Below are positions 42,701 through 55,924 of a stretch of DNA of 64,000 nucleotides, in pieces (positions within the stretch are counted from its first letter, which is position 1; every line of letters starts with the position of its first letter). The DNA comes from Vermamoeba vermiformis (lineage: Eukaryota). The stretch is taken from assembly GCA_045837725.1 (NCBI GenBank), contig JBEWZL010000123.1:62001-126000 (forward strand). Direction: 5' to 3'. Both the position numbers and the translations under genes were made by a program. Below the pieces are notes generated by a model. It worked only from the letters and a program-made list of their open reading frames with translations. It was not told where the DNA came from and made no database searches.

Positions 42701-43700
42701 AAGGTCAAGTCCGAAGAGCGACCGATACCGAGCACTCGCCCTCGCGCACACAGCACCAATGCGGTGATGAAGAGCAGTCCCAGTCTGTTCGATGATCTGC
42801 GGCCCGTGCAGTACAATAGCGATGTGAATGAGGACAGCGCGCTGTTCGACGACACGGCCAGCACGGGCAGCGAGAGTCAGACCGCGAGCACTGGCAGCAA
42901 TGGCAGCACCACACCTGTCAATGGCGCGGCTGCTCCCATCACGCGCGGTCGTCGTCGCACGCACAGTGGTCGCATGTCGCGCGATGAAGACGTGGTGCGC
43001 TACGAGCTGTACGTGGACAAGGTGCTGAACGGCGAGGACACGCGCACGACGCTGATGATCAAGAACATCCCCAACAAGTACGATCAGGACATGTTGCTCA
43101 CCACCGTCGACAAGAAGTACCGCGGTCTGTACGACTTCTTCTACCTGCCCATTGACTTCAAGAACAAGTGCAATGTCGGCTACGCATTTGTCAACTTCAT
43201 TCAGCCCGTGACCATTGCGCAGTTCTACGAGGACTTCAACAACAAGAAGTGGGAGAAGTTCAACAGCGAGAAGGTGTGCAAGATTGCCTATGCGCGCATC
43301 CAGGGCAAGAATCAGCTGATCGAACACTTCAAGAACTCGAGTCTCATGTTCGAGGACCCCAAGTGCAGACCCATCATCTTCGCGGCCTCGCTCGATGGAC
43401 ACACCGCGGGACCGCAAGAACCATTCCCTATTGGTCCTAATGTGCGGCCTCGCAATCGCAAGGACAGTGGGGGTCGCAACTACAAGTACAACAGTGCGAG
43501 TGCGACTGCGAGCAGCAACAGCTCACCGCTCAGTGGCAGCTCGAGCACGGCGAGCACCAGTCACCATCACAAGAAGAACTCGCGCGACAACAGCGCGAAC
43601 TCTAGACCCTCTAATAAGGTACCGCACTGAGTGGCCATGTCACGTAGTGCTTAATTAATTGTCTCGAAAGCAGGATCTCAGTACGGACAAAGAGCCCTAA
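39741..43700 (+). CDS. MEI2: MEI2-like RNA-binding protein (RRM1, RRM2, C-terminal RRM3); multi-exon
   Basis: NQGTLVIFNLD, HKFIEFYDVRDAERA, DTRTTLMIKNIPNKY..YDFFYLPIDFKNKCNVGYAFVN..FNSEKVCKIAYARIQG. The 5' exons from 39741 splice in frame into ORF 40442-43630; probable last exon is 43674-43700. Confidence 0.92.
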
Positions 43701-44170
43701 ACAGATCCACCTCAAGCTGCGCTAGACTCAAAGAAGTTTTGGTGTCACTATATTTTTGAGCCTAGACTGCGCTTTTTCGGTGCCTCAATGCATCGAGTTT
43801 TGTCATTCTACAATTTTGAATTCTTTTTGCGAAGTCGAAACGGAGTTAAATATTTTATTTTTGTTTTTTTGTGTTAGTATAATAGCTTATAAATAGTAAC
43901 CCCGCTATATCTCAATAACTGTTCATAATACTTAACCGCTGACCATCTTTTGTACCACTCTGTTCACTTGTATTTAAATAAAACAAAAGAGGTCTAATGC
44001 ACACTGTAGCCGCTGTTGTAATGTGTTGCATCGAGTGCTCATAGAATATATGCTATTATTAATAGGACAATAGGTCAACCTGTAGGTGCATTGCAATGAC
44101 ATTCTTCGTTTAATATTCTAACAATAGCTCTACTATATCACAACTCGGACTATATACAACAAGAGTTCCA

Positions 44171-45326
44171 TTAGAACTTTGGTTTGCGTTGTCTGCCAGT
44201 ATATTTCGTGTCTGGCTTGACGCTCTTGCCTTGACGACGCTGACGTTCTTTTTTGAGCAAGATCCAGTCCCTGCTCTTCACTGAAGGACGGTGCTCACCT
44301 CGCTTGCGTTCTCGACGACTAATGATACCATGTTACTACACGCAGCACACTACCAATATAGGCCTCGCTACATACCGATCACGTTCGAATTTGATGCCAA
44401 TCGGATCCTCTTCGTCCACACCAATCGGACGCGGCATCTCTTGTGTCGGCAACATGCCCGCGAAGAGCACTAAGAAGTACTTCTTGGCGCGCGTCGAGTG
44501 CGGGAAATCAACCACCAAGCCACCTTGAAAGCCCTGACGCATGGCCGAGGAGGTGAGCAGCTCCATTTGCTGCGCGTTCTCAGGATAGACCTGCAACACC
44601 GCACGGGCCCCGCGACTGAGACTGGCGTAGAGTGTCTGGAAGAAGCGATTGATGCGCTGTATGGGATTGTTGGCCTTGCTGTCGGCATTGCACAGCCACT
44701 GCAGCGCCGAGACACTGATGGCTCCGTCGAATGTGCCGGGTCTAGTGCAGCGTTAGATCTGAGGTGCAATGGCAATGGCGTCAATTAATTCGCGCAGTAC
44801 GTGCCTGAATGAGAGACCGTGGCCCATGTCCCACAGCATCAGATCTTCGTTCTTGCTGCCCTCGCGTTGTGCGGCAATCTCCAGCATCGAGGGGGCAATG
44901 TCAAGACCTACCCAGACGTGACCCAGTTCAGTCAGTACATTGCCACTCAGACCAGATCCGCAGCCAATGTCCAACAAGAAGAGTGGTGGGCTGTCTTCGG
45001 GGATATTTAAGAGTTCAACGCATCGCTTCGTCATTGCTGTTTGAATTTCAATAATACGCGAGCTATTTACCCAAAATTAATACAGTGCACGTTTAATTGA
45101 AGGTAGTGAGAAATAACTTCGAATAAATTTTAATAATTAATTAGATCCGCGTAGTATTTTGCCTTGTAATGCCGAGACCACCAATAAAATAATACGTACT
45201 TTGATGTATATTTTCCTGCTTCATCCTCGTTGTAAAACTGTTAACGAAAATTAGATCGCGATCTGATTCGAAAAGAAACGATTAACATACGATTTCTGGC
45301 GGAGCTAAATGCTCTGGTCTTGACAT
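44171..45326 (-). CDS. BUD23: 18S rRNA m7G methyltransferase BUD23/WBSCR22
   Basis: [47 protein letters not shown]-x-GGLVVDFP, [14 protein letters not shown]. Confidence 0.96.
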
Positions 45327-45431
45327 GGTGTGCCTTTGTGTTAGTCAGTAAATTTGATCAATAACCACCTTCACACAGCGCAGATCCACTTTGATGCAGG
45401 TTAAGTCAGGGTGCAGTTAAGTCACAACTTT

Positions 45432-45449
45432 TTTCCCGCACTTTGGCGC
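45432..45449 (+). promoter_or_regulatory. Tandem E2F-type sites upstream of the Csm1-like gene
   Basis: TTTCCCGC (45432-45439) and TTTGGCGC (45442-45449). Confidence 0.5.
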
Positions 45450-45515
45450 CATTTTCAGTTTTAAATCATTCTCGCGTCGTTACGTCTGAACACAACACAA
45501 CTCGTCTACTTACAC

Positions 45516-46867
45516 ATGGCTAATCAACGCAAGGGCAAGGTAGATTATTCTACGTTTTTGAAGGTACGGATCGAACTAAGCGATGAAGTTCGTCGACTCA
45601 CTTTCGTGCTTAATTGCTAGAACGACGATGCTAAGGGCGGCTTAACTGCACTGCAATTGCCGAAGCTCAACGTCACTAAGAAGCGTAAGGCTGAAGAGCT
45701 AGATGCCGAAAATATCGATCCTCAAAGCGACGCCAAGACCGCGATTAAAAAGTTGAAGAAATCCAACTCGATGAAAGAGCTGCCATTGCAAGAGACGACT
45801 AACACCTCACGCGAGTCAGGCGATGAAGATGAATTGAAAACCAAGCTGAGCTCCGTTAAGAGCAAGTTCAAGCGCTTAAAAGCTAAGTACGACGAGCTGT
45901 TGGAGGAGAAGAAGAAGACTGGTGAGACTCAAGCGCGAGAGATCGAGTCTGCTGCTTCAGGTATGCACAGTGCGTACACAAGACCAATTCAATGTACTGA
46001 CATGCGTGCTCATCAGACTACAAGAAGAAGGTCAAGCAATTAGAACAAAAAGTCGAGCGTCTGACAAGCGAACTCGAAGAGACGCGTGCTGACAGTGAAG
46101 GTAAGCATCGGAATGCTATGCAAGCGAGTTGTACTGACTGAGCACGCAGCGAGGGCCAAGCAAGTCAAGAAGTTGGAAAAGGAGCGCGATCAACTGCTCG
46201 CTGAACAAAAGAAGAAGAGCAAAGACGATCGTAAGTGCTAACAACTCTCTGTCTGTCAACACGTATCTCATCATAACTAACTGGCTGTGCAGAAGAGAGC
46301 AGCACTCTGCGCAAACAAGTTGACGAGCTCAAAGCGCAAAACAAGAAGTTATTGGCCGCACAACAAGGTAACTGTTACTTCGCCTATGAATGTGATTCAC
46401 AGCAGCTAATGAGCGAATTATCAGCGCACGAGAATGAAGTGCAAGACTTGAAGCGCGACATGAAGCGCATGAAGCGCGAGCACGAGGAGCAATTGCGTGC
46501 CGCGAGTGAGAGACAGAGTTCACAGAGCGATGATGAGAGCAGCCGCGTGTTGGAGTTGTGGAGTCACATCATGCGCGTGAGTTCTGAACACGAGCACAGC
46601 TACAATTGTGTGTACACGAATGTGCAACAGACTCGTGCACTCATGTTTGAACTCACCACGGGCCTCAAAGACAACATGGTGCAGTACAAGCCCGTGTTCA
46701 CTGAGGATGAGGCGATTGAAGAGGTCGAGCAAGTCAAGCGCGAGGCACTTCCCGACTATCTGCGCAACGAGATCTACTTCAAGCAAGAGACGCTGTCAGT
46801 GTTTCTCTCCAAGCTGTTCGCCTTCTTGAACTCGCGAGCAGCCACTGACTCGAGTGACAGCGAGTAA
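45516..46867 (+). CDS. CSM1: Coiled-coil protein with C-terminal Csm1/Pcs1 (monopolin) RWD-like domain
   Basis: Long coiled coil followed by YNCVY..LMFEL..VQYKP..LPDYLRNEIYFKQETLSVFLSKL, resembling the Csm1 C-terminus (LPDYL...F..L..F..K). Confidence 0.7.
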
Positions 46868-46976
46868 TGCGCATTGCATTGCTGTCAACGGACTTATTAT
46901 AAACATGTATTATAGCTTTTATACCAGCTAGTGTTACAAGAGGTGTTTATTGTTCATATTATCTACATTCGGGGCA

Positions 46977-48380
46977 CTACTTGACGTCAATGCTCGCGCC
47001 TGTCAGCAGCGCATGGAGACGTGTCTCGCGGTTGAGGTGCTCCTCTTCGCTAAATGCGGACTGTACAGTGAGCACGACACGTTCACGACCATCATTCACA
47101 TCATCCGTGTCGTCTTCCATCTCTTCAGCTGCTCCTTGCGAGTTCTCTTCGCCCTCTTCTTTCTCCTCGCCTTCGTTGGTGCGCTGCTTGCTCTCTTCGC
47201 GCGCCTTCTCTTCAGCAGTCACAGCTTTGGTCTTCTTCAAGTAGACCGTGGAGTTGATGGGCACGTAGCTGATGTGATCGTCGCGCGTGATGAACATGTA
47301 GTCCTGCAACAGCTCGCTCTTGTGCGACTTCTCGTACAAGTACTCGCGGATCCACTGATACTCCATCTCACTCTCCGCTTGATTGGTGTTGTTGTCGTCA
47401 GTTCTTTGACGTTTGCGCGGTGCCAAGTAAGCGACGAATGAACCCCCCATGGCGTCTCTGAAGCCCTTCAAGAGTGCGTGCTGCATCATGTACTCCTGGT
47501 CCTCGGCTGACACTGCCACTGTGCGCTTGCGTTTCTTGCCGACCTTCAAATAGCTCGGCGTGGGGTCACTGTCAAACACCACCTCTTGATAGGTGTTGGG
47601 CCACAGTTCAAAGTCTGGAAACACGTCGTACACTTCCACTGGCGTCAGATGTGGATCCAAGGGATGCACTGGGGGCTCTTGCGCTGCTTGGAACGAGAGC
47701 TCTATATTGGCCTTGATAGTCTCCAGCGAGGGCATGTTCTGCAGCTCGCGATCGAGGGCAGATTGCGCGTCATCTTCGAGGGCCTGCAGCTTGTTGCCTG
47801 CCATCTTGTTGTGGCCCTCACCACCCAAGTACACCGTGCGACGCAGCCAGGGCACGACAGGCTTGGACTTGGAGATCATGCGACTCGATTTGTCCGCGCC
47901 ACCGAGCTCGGCACTCGTCGGCAACAAGGCTCGATCTGCCTCCAAGAGCGCACTGGACCAGTCCTTGCGATTGAATGCTGTGTAGGTCAGGGGGTCAGTG
48001 AGATCTATTTCAGAACCACGTGCTTCAATCGGCAAGTCGTGCGTCCACTTCTCTTCGAGCGTGGTTGATTTGTATGCGACGTGCGCGCGCAGATCTATCG
48101 GCACGTAGAGAAATTTCAGGTCAAATGGCAGCTCTGGGGGCTTATTTGTATATTGTAAATCTATGTGAAACTCTGTTTTGCCTGTTTTGGAGCTAACGAT
48201 ATTGTTAGTTATTGTGATAGCAGATCTCAAAATATTCATTTTTTAAAAAATCTTAAAAATCCTCAAATAATTATTTAATTACTGCCATATGAAAACAAGT
48301 ATCAACATGCGTCGTTAAAATATAATAATATACCTAGGCATTGTGGACGATTTGTCATTTTGTTTTGTAGATTGAGCCAT
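46977..48380 (-). CDS. PAF1: RNA polymerase II-associated factor 1 (2 exons)
   Basis: YTNKPPELPFDLKF, YKSTTLE, VPWLRRTVY, HP..PVEVYDVFPD, VVFDSDP, YQWIREY. Confidence 0.92.
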
Positions 48381-48449
48381 GACTGGTAGTGGCTCGCAGC
48401 ACTAATCAGAGGTGTATATGAATATGCTGCACATGTTCTGAGTGCTGTC

Positions 48450-50257
48450 TTGTGTTCGTCAAGTCCACGCGCCAACAACACTATTTTACTGCAGCTGAGT
48501 ACCGATCAACACAAACACAAACAAGGCACACGGTTGATTAACCGACAATACGATACTCATATTGCATATACAGCATGGCGTGTTAATGTGGCACTCAGAA
48601 TGTCCCTCATATCAGCTACAGTAATTTCAAAGTCCAATTTATTATTATAATTAATAATTTGCGCAATATCATGATGTATATTACAAACACCAATTTCCTC
48701 GAATAATAATAGTGTGACGTGGCACTAATGCGACATATTTAATTAGGAGCTCTGGACGAATGTGTCGCGTGCGTGCCATCGTGCCGCGCAAGGATTGGGC
48801 AGCAGTCACGTGACGCGCACCACACTGCAGATCACGTGTCAGGGTCAGGTGACACTCTCACAGCTCACTGGCACCTGGCACGACTATGTGCAGCAATTGT
48901 TCCGCACTGAACACGTGACTGAGTGTGAGGTGCGCGTGTTAGTTGCAGCCCTGATCGATCACGTGCTCAATGACCACCGCGCGCGACACGTGACTGATGT
49001 CATTGCGGGATTTCACCTCGCGAATCAGATTGCGCAGACTTTATTGCCAAATTTAGCAACCACGTGGGATCACAAGTCACCAGTGATTGGTCCGCACTCT
49101 CTGTTGACAGCCGCACTGAGCTGGACACGTGACACGAGTGACAGGTGTCAATTGGAGGATTGGATTCAAAATCTCGCGTTGAACACTTTCCGTGCAGTGT
49201 TCAGACCTCAATTACCATTTATGGAAAGAGTCAGATTTGTGGAAGGTGTTGGCAAATCATCACGCGACAGTGCAGTGCTGTCAGGGCTATTAATAGACAA
49301 GTCTCCCAGTGTCACATTGCCACCTGACACTCTGATGCATGACGCGCGTGTCATTGTCGTGTCTGCAAATATGCACGGAATGCGTACCAAGACACGTGTC
49401 AAACAGAGTGTCACAGTGGAGTCTGATCTGTCACGTGCTCAACAATTGGTCACGTGGTTGACACGTGCAGGACCACGTGTCATTCTGTGTGCGCAGTGGG
49501 ACATTCCCAGTGACGTGCTGTCACTCATTCGACTGCACAATTTCACTGAACGACATGTCAATCAGCGACCTCAGTGGATACTCGCGTGGAGTTATGTGCC
49601 TGGTGATCTGCTCGAGGATATTGCCTTATATAGCAACTGTCACATTGTTGCGCACATTGATCTCGACACCGATCTCGCACTTCCATTTATAGGCACTGTC
49701 GAACAGGTCGGTTGACGAGGGGACTTGAGCGTATCATTGATTAACTTGCCTAATTAGGTCATGGAATACCCCTTGACGCCTGAACGGGCACTGTACTGGA
49801 TGTCATCGCCGTCACGTGGTGCATCGTTGACGAGTGTGGTGGTACGCATGACACTCATTGCCAAATAAGGTAACTAATCCGTGCACAGATTAGAGGACCA
49901 TCACATGCCACACGTCAACATGTCAAACAGCAGCTTGTGTCACATCTGTCACGACTAGAACGTGTCATCGTGTCACGTGCCAGTACGCCACCAACAGCCC
50001 TGCTCGATCGATCGGAAGCCAAGTTGTACGAATTGTTGCAAAGCTACTGCTACGAATCACGTGATCCACAAGTGCTCGCACACGCCACCGACATTCGAGC
50101 TTGGTCACGTGCGCTGCTAAATTTGGTGCCTGACGAGCTCACCACTGATCTCCCCTGTCACGTGACAGTTGCGGAGAAAATTGACAGCTACACGCGAGCC
50201 ACGGAACTGGCGTGTCAAATTCTAAAAATAGATCAAGGCGTGGTGTACAGCGAGTAA
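48450..50257 (+). CDS. Divergent chaperonin-like protein (BBS6/MKKS- or BBS10-like); start codon uncertain
   Basis: GKSSRDSAVLSGLLID, VILCAQWDI, LLEDIALYSNCHIV and terminal EK...ATELACQILKID resemble group II chaperonin-like BBS proteins. No ATP-binding GDGTT motif is visible. Confidence 0.45.
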
Positions 50258-50297
50258 ATTAAACCTTTCTATTTACAACATGTTACAAAGCGTGCGT

Positions 50298-53200
50298 TCA
50301 ATGACGACGCGTGCGGTTCTCGAGCCGTTCAATGGCACTCACACCGTCCACCAGCTTGGTGCGGAACACGACATTGGCGTTGTTGAACATGCCCTCTTTG
50401 AGCGACACGACGATGAACTGCGAGTGCGTGAAGTGCGTGCGCAACATCTGACCAATGTTCTGCGTGTGCGAGAGATCGAGTGCCGAGTCAATCTCGTCCA
50501 GAATGTACATGGGTGCGGGCTTGAACAAGAGCAGCGCGAGAATGAGCGAGAGGGCCAGCAGCGACTTCTGACCGCCACTCAGCTCCGACAGACTGTCCTT
50601 CCAGATGCGGCGTTGAGGGTCGAAGGAGACACGCACCTCGAGTCCGTCCAATACCGTGCCACCCTCGGGCGGAGACAGCTGCGCGGTGGCACCAGGCAGC
50701 AGTGTGCCGAAGATGCTGCCAAAGTCCTTGTTGACCTTCTCGTGCGTGACTTTGAGTGTCTCGTTCTTGCGCTGATCGAGCTCCTTGATGACGGCACTGA
50801 TCTTGGCCTTGTCGTTCTGCACGATAGTCTTCTTCTCGAGCACATCTTGGTACTCTTGCTCGGCCTTGGAGAACATATTCATCACCTTCTTGTTGATCGT
50901 CTTGGCCAGTCTGTCCTGTTCCTCTTCCATGTTCTTCAGCTTGAGCTCCACTTGCTTAATGTCGCGGTTGTTGAAGTCGTAGTCGGTCTTGGGCTTGCCA
51001 AAGAACTGCTTCTCATTCGCAATCCACGCGTGTGACTCGAGCAGCTGTTTGTAGCGCTTTTCAGCCCCCTTCTTCTTGCCGTGGTGACTGCTGATGCGAT
51101 GTTCGAGGGTCTTGATCTGCACATCGTGATCGGCAATCAGCGTGGTCTGCTTGTCGCGTTGCATCATCAGCTCGCCAATCGTCTTGTCGCACTGCAAGAA
51201 CTTGCCGCGCTTCTTGTCCGCGTGCTTCTTGAGCTGTTCGTACTCGCTCTGCTTCTCTTCGAACTGCGCGGCACACTTCTCGACATCGCGCTGCAGCTTG
51301 TCAATCTGTGCCTCGAGTGCCGCGACTTGTTGCTGAGCAGTGCGCAGTTCAGCAGTCAGCTCTTCAATCTCCGACTCCAACTTGATCACGGCTTGTTGCG
51401 TCTTCTTCACGCGCTTGGTCACCTTGTCCAATTCAGCGCGCGTCTTCTTCAGCTGTTCTGCAATGCGCTTCAGTTGCGTGGCCTGATCAAAGTTGTTGAG
51501 CAGCTCTTCCAACTCCTCGCAGATGCGCGTGTTCTCTTGCTCGCGGACTGCGGCGTCTTTGATCAGCTGTTCGTCCTCGCGAATCACGCGCTCCAACTCA
51601 GCCACACGTTGCACGAGCTGATAGTGCTCCGTCTGAGCAATGCGTGCATTGAGCAGTTCGAGGGCGTGTGAAGCGAGTTCAATCTCGTGCTGCACTCCTG
51701 CGTACTTGGCTTTGAGCTCAGCACAGCGCGCAATCTGCTTGTCGAGCTCACGGCCCTGCTCTTCGTGTTGATGCAGCTGATCTTTCAACTGCTGCAGCTC
51801 ATTCAAGCGCACCAACAGCGCACCTTGTCCACCCTGATTGATCGAGCCACCCGTGAGTGTACCTTGTGGATCGAACACATCGCCCTCCAGTGTGACAGTG
51901 CGCGTCATCACTTGCGAGTCGAAGGTCACTTTCTTGGCCTGGTCGGGGCCCTGTGCCACCAACAGATTGCCAAATGCGTACTCCGCTGCAGGGGCGTGCT
52001 CGGACTTGTAGTCGATCAGACTCAGTGCGTGCGTGACATTCTCGCTGCCCACCAAGCTCTGTGCGCGCTTCAACACCTCGGCGCTGGTGACTTGACGCAC
52101 AATCTGCGAGAGCGGCACGAAGGTGACACGTTGCGCGAGTTCACCCTTCTCGAGCAAGGCACGACCAGTCTCTTGCGAGTCCACGACAATGTAGTGCAGC
52201 TTGGGACCAGCACCAATCTCGAGGGCGATGGAGGTCTTGGTGGGCTCTTTGACACGAATCAGACCCACGAGCGGACCACTGACCTTGCTGGCATCGAATT
52301 GTGGCGTGGGCGGTGTGTACTTGAAGTTGACGAGTCCTGCCAGTCTGATCGACAGGCCTTCAATTTTCTGAGGTTGCAAATGATGAGTACACGTGCGGTA
52401 TTAACGTACATCATATGACACAACTACGCACCTCTTTGACCGCTTGAATGTTGCGCTCAATGCTCTTCTTCTGCTTCAACAGCGCACTCTCCTGTTCCTC
52501 ATCGTACTCCACCAGCTGCAGCGAGTTCTTCAGCTTGTTCAGCTTGGCACTCAGTTCTGCGCGCTCAGTCTCCAAGCGCGTGTATTCAGCTGAGGCCTTC
52601 TGCGTCTGTTTGCTCTTAGTGCTCAATTCGCTCTTGTTGTGCTTCACGCGCAGTGCAGCCGATTGTTGCTCGCTGTGCGCGGCAATTTGTTGTCGCTTGG
52701 CCTCGCGGATCTGCTCTTGCAAGTTGTCACCCTGCACGCGTCCATCACCACCTGTCGCCACACCTGCTTGTGCCTGTTCTAACTGTCGCTCCAACTGTTG
52801 CACGCGGTCGCTGGTTCGCTTGCGCTCTTGCTCCTCGTTGTTCTCCTGCTCCTTGGTCTCACTCAGCTCGCGTGTCTTGGCTGCAATGGCCTCTTCGAGC
52901 TGTGCAGTGCGTCAATACTGCACTCATTATATAATGCAACGGCACTTACCTCGCGCGCACTCGCTTGCAGTTCAGCGAGTCGACGCTGTTCCGACGCCAA
53001 GTTGTCGCGCTGATTGGTGAGGGTGGTGTTGAGCTTGACCACGCCCTTGGAGACATCAGCCACTTGTCCCTCGACCTCTTTCAACTCGCCAGACATCTCG
53101 CGCTCCTTCTGCTCGCTCAGCGTGCCGATCTTGTCCACAATCTCCTTCAACTCCTCGCGCACGCGCTCTTGTTCAGCACGCAGCGCACGAATCTCCTCTT

Positions 53201-54024
53201 CTTGCTCGTGCAGCGTGCCTTCAGAGTCCTTGAGAATGCGCTCACACTCGCCGAACTCGTAGGCAATCTTGAACTTGCTCAAGCGCTCAATCTCCGTCTT
53301 GTTGGACAGCCATTGCATGTATTGCGTGCGTTCTTTGCGCAAATTCTCCAGCGTGGGCGTGATCTCTTCTTCGAGTACCTGCGAGTGGGACAGTCAGTAC
53401 TATACACATACACTGGAATCATGCAGCACTTACGCGATTGATCTCTTCGACTTTGCGGTCCTTCTTTTCAATTGTTTTGAGTGCGTTGGCCTTCTTCAGC
53501 TCGAACATTCGTGTTCCCGCCGCTTCTTCGATCATGGCCAAGATCTCTGGCGGTTTCATATTGAGAACTTTGGTAATGTGACCTTGCATAATCAAGAAGT
53601 GAGGATTGTTGACGTTAAGTTGAACGGAATGGAACAGATTTTGCACTCGGTTGAGTTGTGCATTGTGACCATTGATCAAATACTTGCTCTTGCCACCAAT
53701 AACGATCTGACGAGTGACGGTGATTTGTTCGTACTGCTCGTAGCCGACTGGCGACAATTTCTGATCTTTGTTGTTAAATACGATCGTCACGCTAGCCTTT
53801 CTGACACCAGCTTGACCTTGCTTATAGACCAATTCTTGTAAGCTGCTGGCACGCAATTGAGACCAATTTGTTATGCCAAGCACAAAGCAAATAGCATCCA
53901 CAATATTTGATTTTCCAGATCCGTTTAGACCCGTAATGGCATTGAAATTAGGGTCGAAACCTGAAATTACGGTACGATTGCCGTACGATTTAAAACCCTC
54001 GATAATAACCTCTTCAATATACAT
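50298..54024 (-). CDS. SMC2: Condensin subunit SMC2 (multi-exon)
   Basis: [32 protein letters not shown], hinge [37 protein letters not shown]. Confidence 0.97.
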
Positions 54025-54166
54025 TGTGGTGCTGTGTCGAGGAATTAAAAATAATACAAAAAAAACCGCGAAAAACTTCTTCGCGGAAAAAAAGCGCGGG
54101 CTTCCTCTGCCATTACTGCGAACAATGCAAATCGGTTACACTATTCATGTCGGTTTATTTACAAGG

Positions 54167-55924
54167 TTACTTGACAATTTTCAAGATGGATTTCTTCCTC
54201 TCAGGTACAGATGTAACTGTTCCAGCTCGGCTGTTGGCTTTGACGTTGTCGCTCTTTCGTTTTTGTGATTGATTCATGATGTGCTTAGTCTTTTGAATCT
54301 TATACACAACCTTAGGCAAATGTCGTCTGTACAAGCAGTCAGTATGGCCCTACATTCAAGTGAGTTTACGTACTTGCGGTGGATGCGTCTAATTTCGGGC
54401 ATGTGCTTGTAGCGCTCAATAAGCTTTTGTGAGTACTCGTTCTTCTCCATCTCACGCGGTGTTTGCTGCAAACAAGACATTAATACAACACTCCCAGACT
54501 ATCAAAGTACGTACAATGCCCAGCTGTCTGCTCGCATCTGACTTCCAAATACGAATGTTGGTGTCATCGCTGCCGCTGAACACATAGTGCGCATCACCGC
54601 TGTACTTGACGCAGAAGATCTTTTGCATGCGCTGCGTGTGATAAATCTCGCGACTGCGCCCCTCATCGACGGGGAAGATGCGCAGTGTCTTGTCGTACGA
54701 GCCCGTGACGAACTCCTTGCCCGTGGGGGAGTAGTCGACATCGAGACTGCGCGCATGAACTGTCAGTATACGAGTAGACATGACATGAGTAGTATGACAC
54801 GAGTACTTACACTGCAGACACGTGATCTTTGTGCACATTGAGCACCGCATCCAGCTTGCGCGCATCGAAGGTGTAGCAGTTGTGGTCTTCATTCGCCACG
54901 GTGAAGTTGAAGGTCTCCATGGGATTCCAACACAGCGCATTGGTGTTCATCTTCAAGATGACGCGCTTGATGGCCGTGCCTGATTTGACGTCGTACAGCA
55001 AGATCGAGCGGTCCGTGGCTGCTGCTGCGAGCACGTGTGTCTCGATGGGATTGAACTTGACCGTGGTGATGGTCTCGACGTCAAAGTTGTTGGACTGCGT
55101 GAGGGCATTCCACTTGAGTGTCTTGACGGCCTCGCTGTGGTGATGTTCCCACAGCTCCAGCACGGGACCACTGCACGTCACGAACTGCGAGGACTTGCGC
55201 TGATGATCGATGCCACTGAACGGGTACTTGCCTAAATAGGTCACGACTGGCACGGGGGTCTGGAACTGATTCTCATCGGTGATGTACAGCGACATGTAGT
55301 CTTGCGTCGGGTAGTGCCACATCTTGATCGACTTGTCTTCGCTGCACGACAGGATGAACTCGTTCTCTTCGTTGCTAGACAGATGCGATATGGACAAACC
55401 GCGGACAAAGCCTTTGTGTGCTCGCCAACTCGCAATAGTTTGTCTGATTTGAATCACGATCGCGATCAGATCTCAGATCGTTGTAAATTGACTTGAAAAT
55501 AATACTTACTTATTTGTAACATTCCATACTCGAATTTCTGTAGTAATGAAATTGTTAGTTACGGAAAATAGAAAAAGAGCTGCGATCCAGCCAGAATAAT
55601 AACAAAAATTTCTGAACAATAGAAAAACAAATGCAGCCTGCAACAATTATTATTACCTCCATCGCAAGCGCCTGAGACTAAGGAAGTTAAATTAGTGGGG
55701 TGCTTGGCCATGGAATAAATGCCATCTCGATGTCCACTGAGTGCGCCAAGGAATGGCTTGGCAAACACCTTATTCAATTTGACTGCATTGAGTGCGCGTG
55801 TATATTCGCGGGGCTTTTCAAACGGATGTAATTTCGGATCGACGTTACGCTGCACTTTGATCAAATCCGTTGGTTTTTCGCGCGTGTAATCTTGTTCACG
55901 TCGCGATATGACTTTAATACGCAT
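54167..55924 (-). CDS. DCAF13: DCAF13/Sof1 WD40 protein
   Basis: MRIKVISR..DPKLHPFEKPREYTRALNAVKL..FAKPF; WNPME..ANEDHN; DYSPTGKEFV; YHTQRMQ; SGSDD-x-NIR-x-WK. Confidence 0.96.

Noticed and set aside
50280-53841. Long + strand ORFs opposite SMC2 (similarly opposite MEI2, CUL2, PAF1 and RPN6)
   Set aside because: Antisense shadow ORFs produced by G/C-ending codon bias; no independent motifs.
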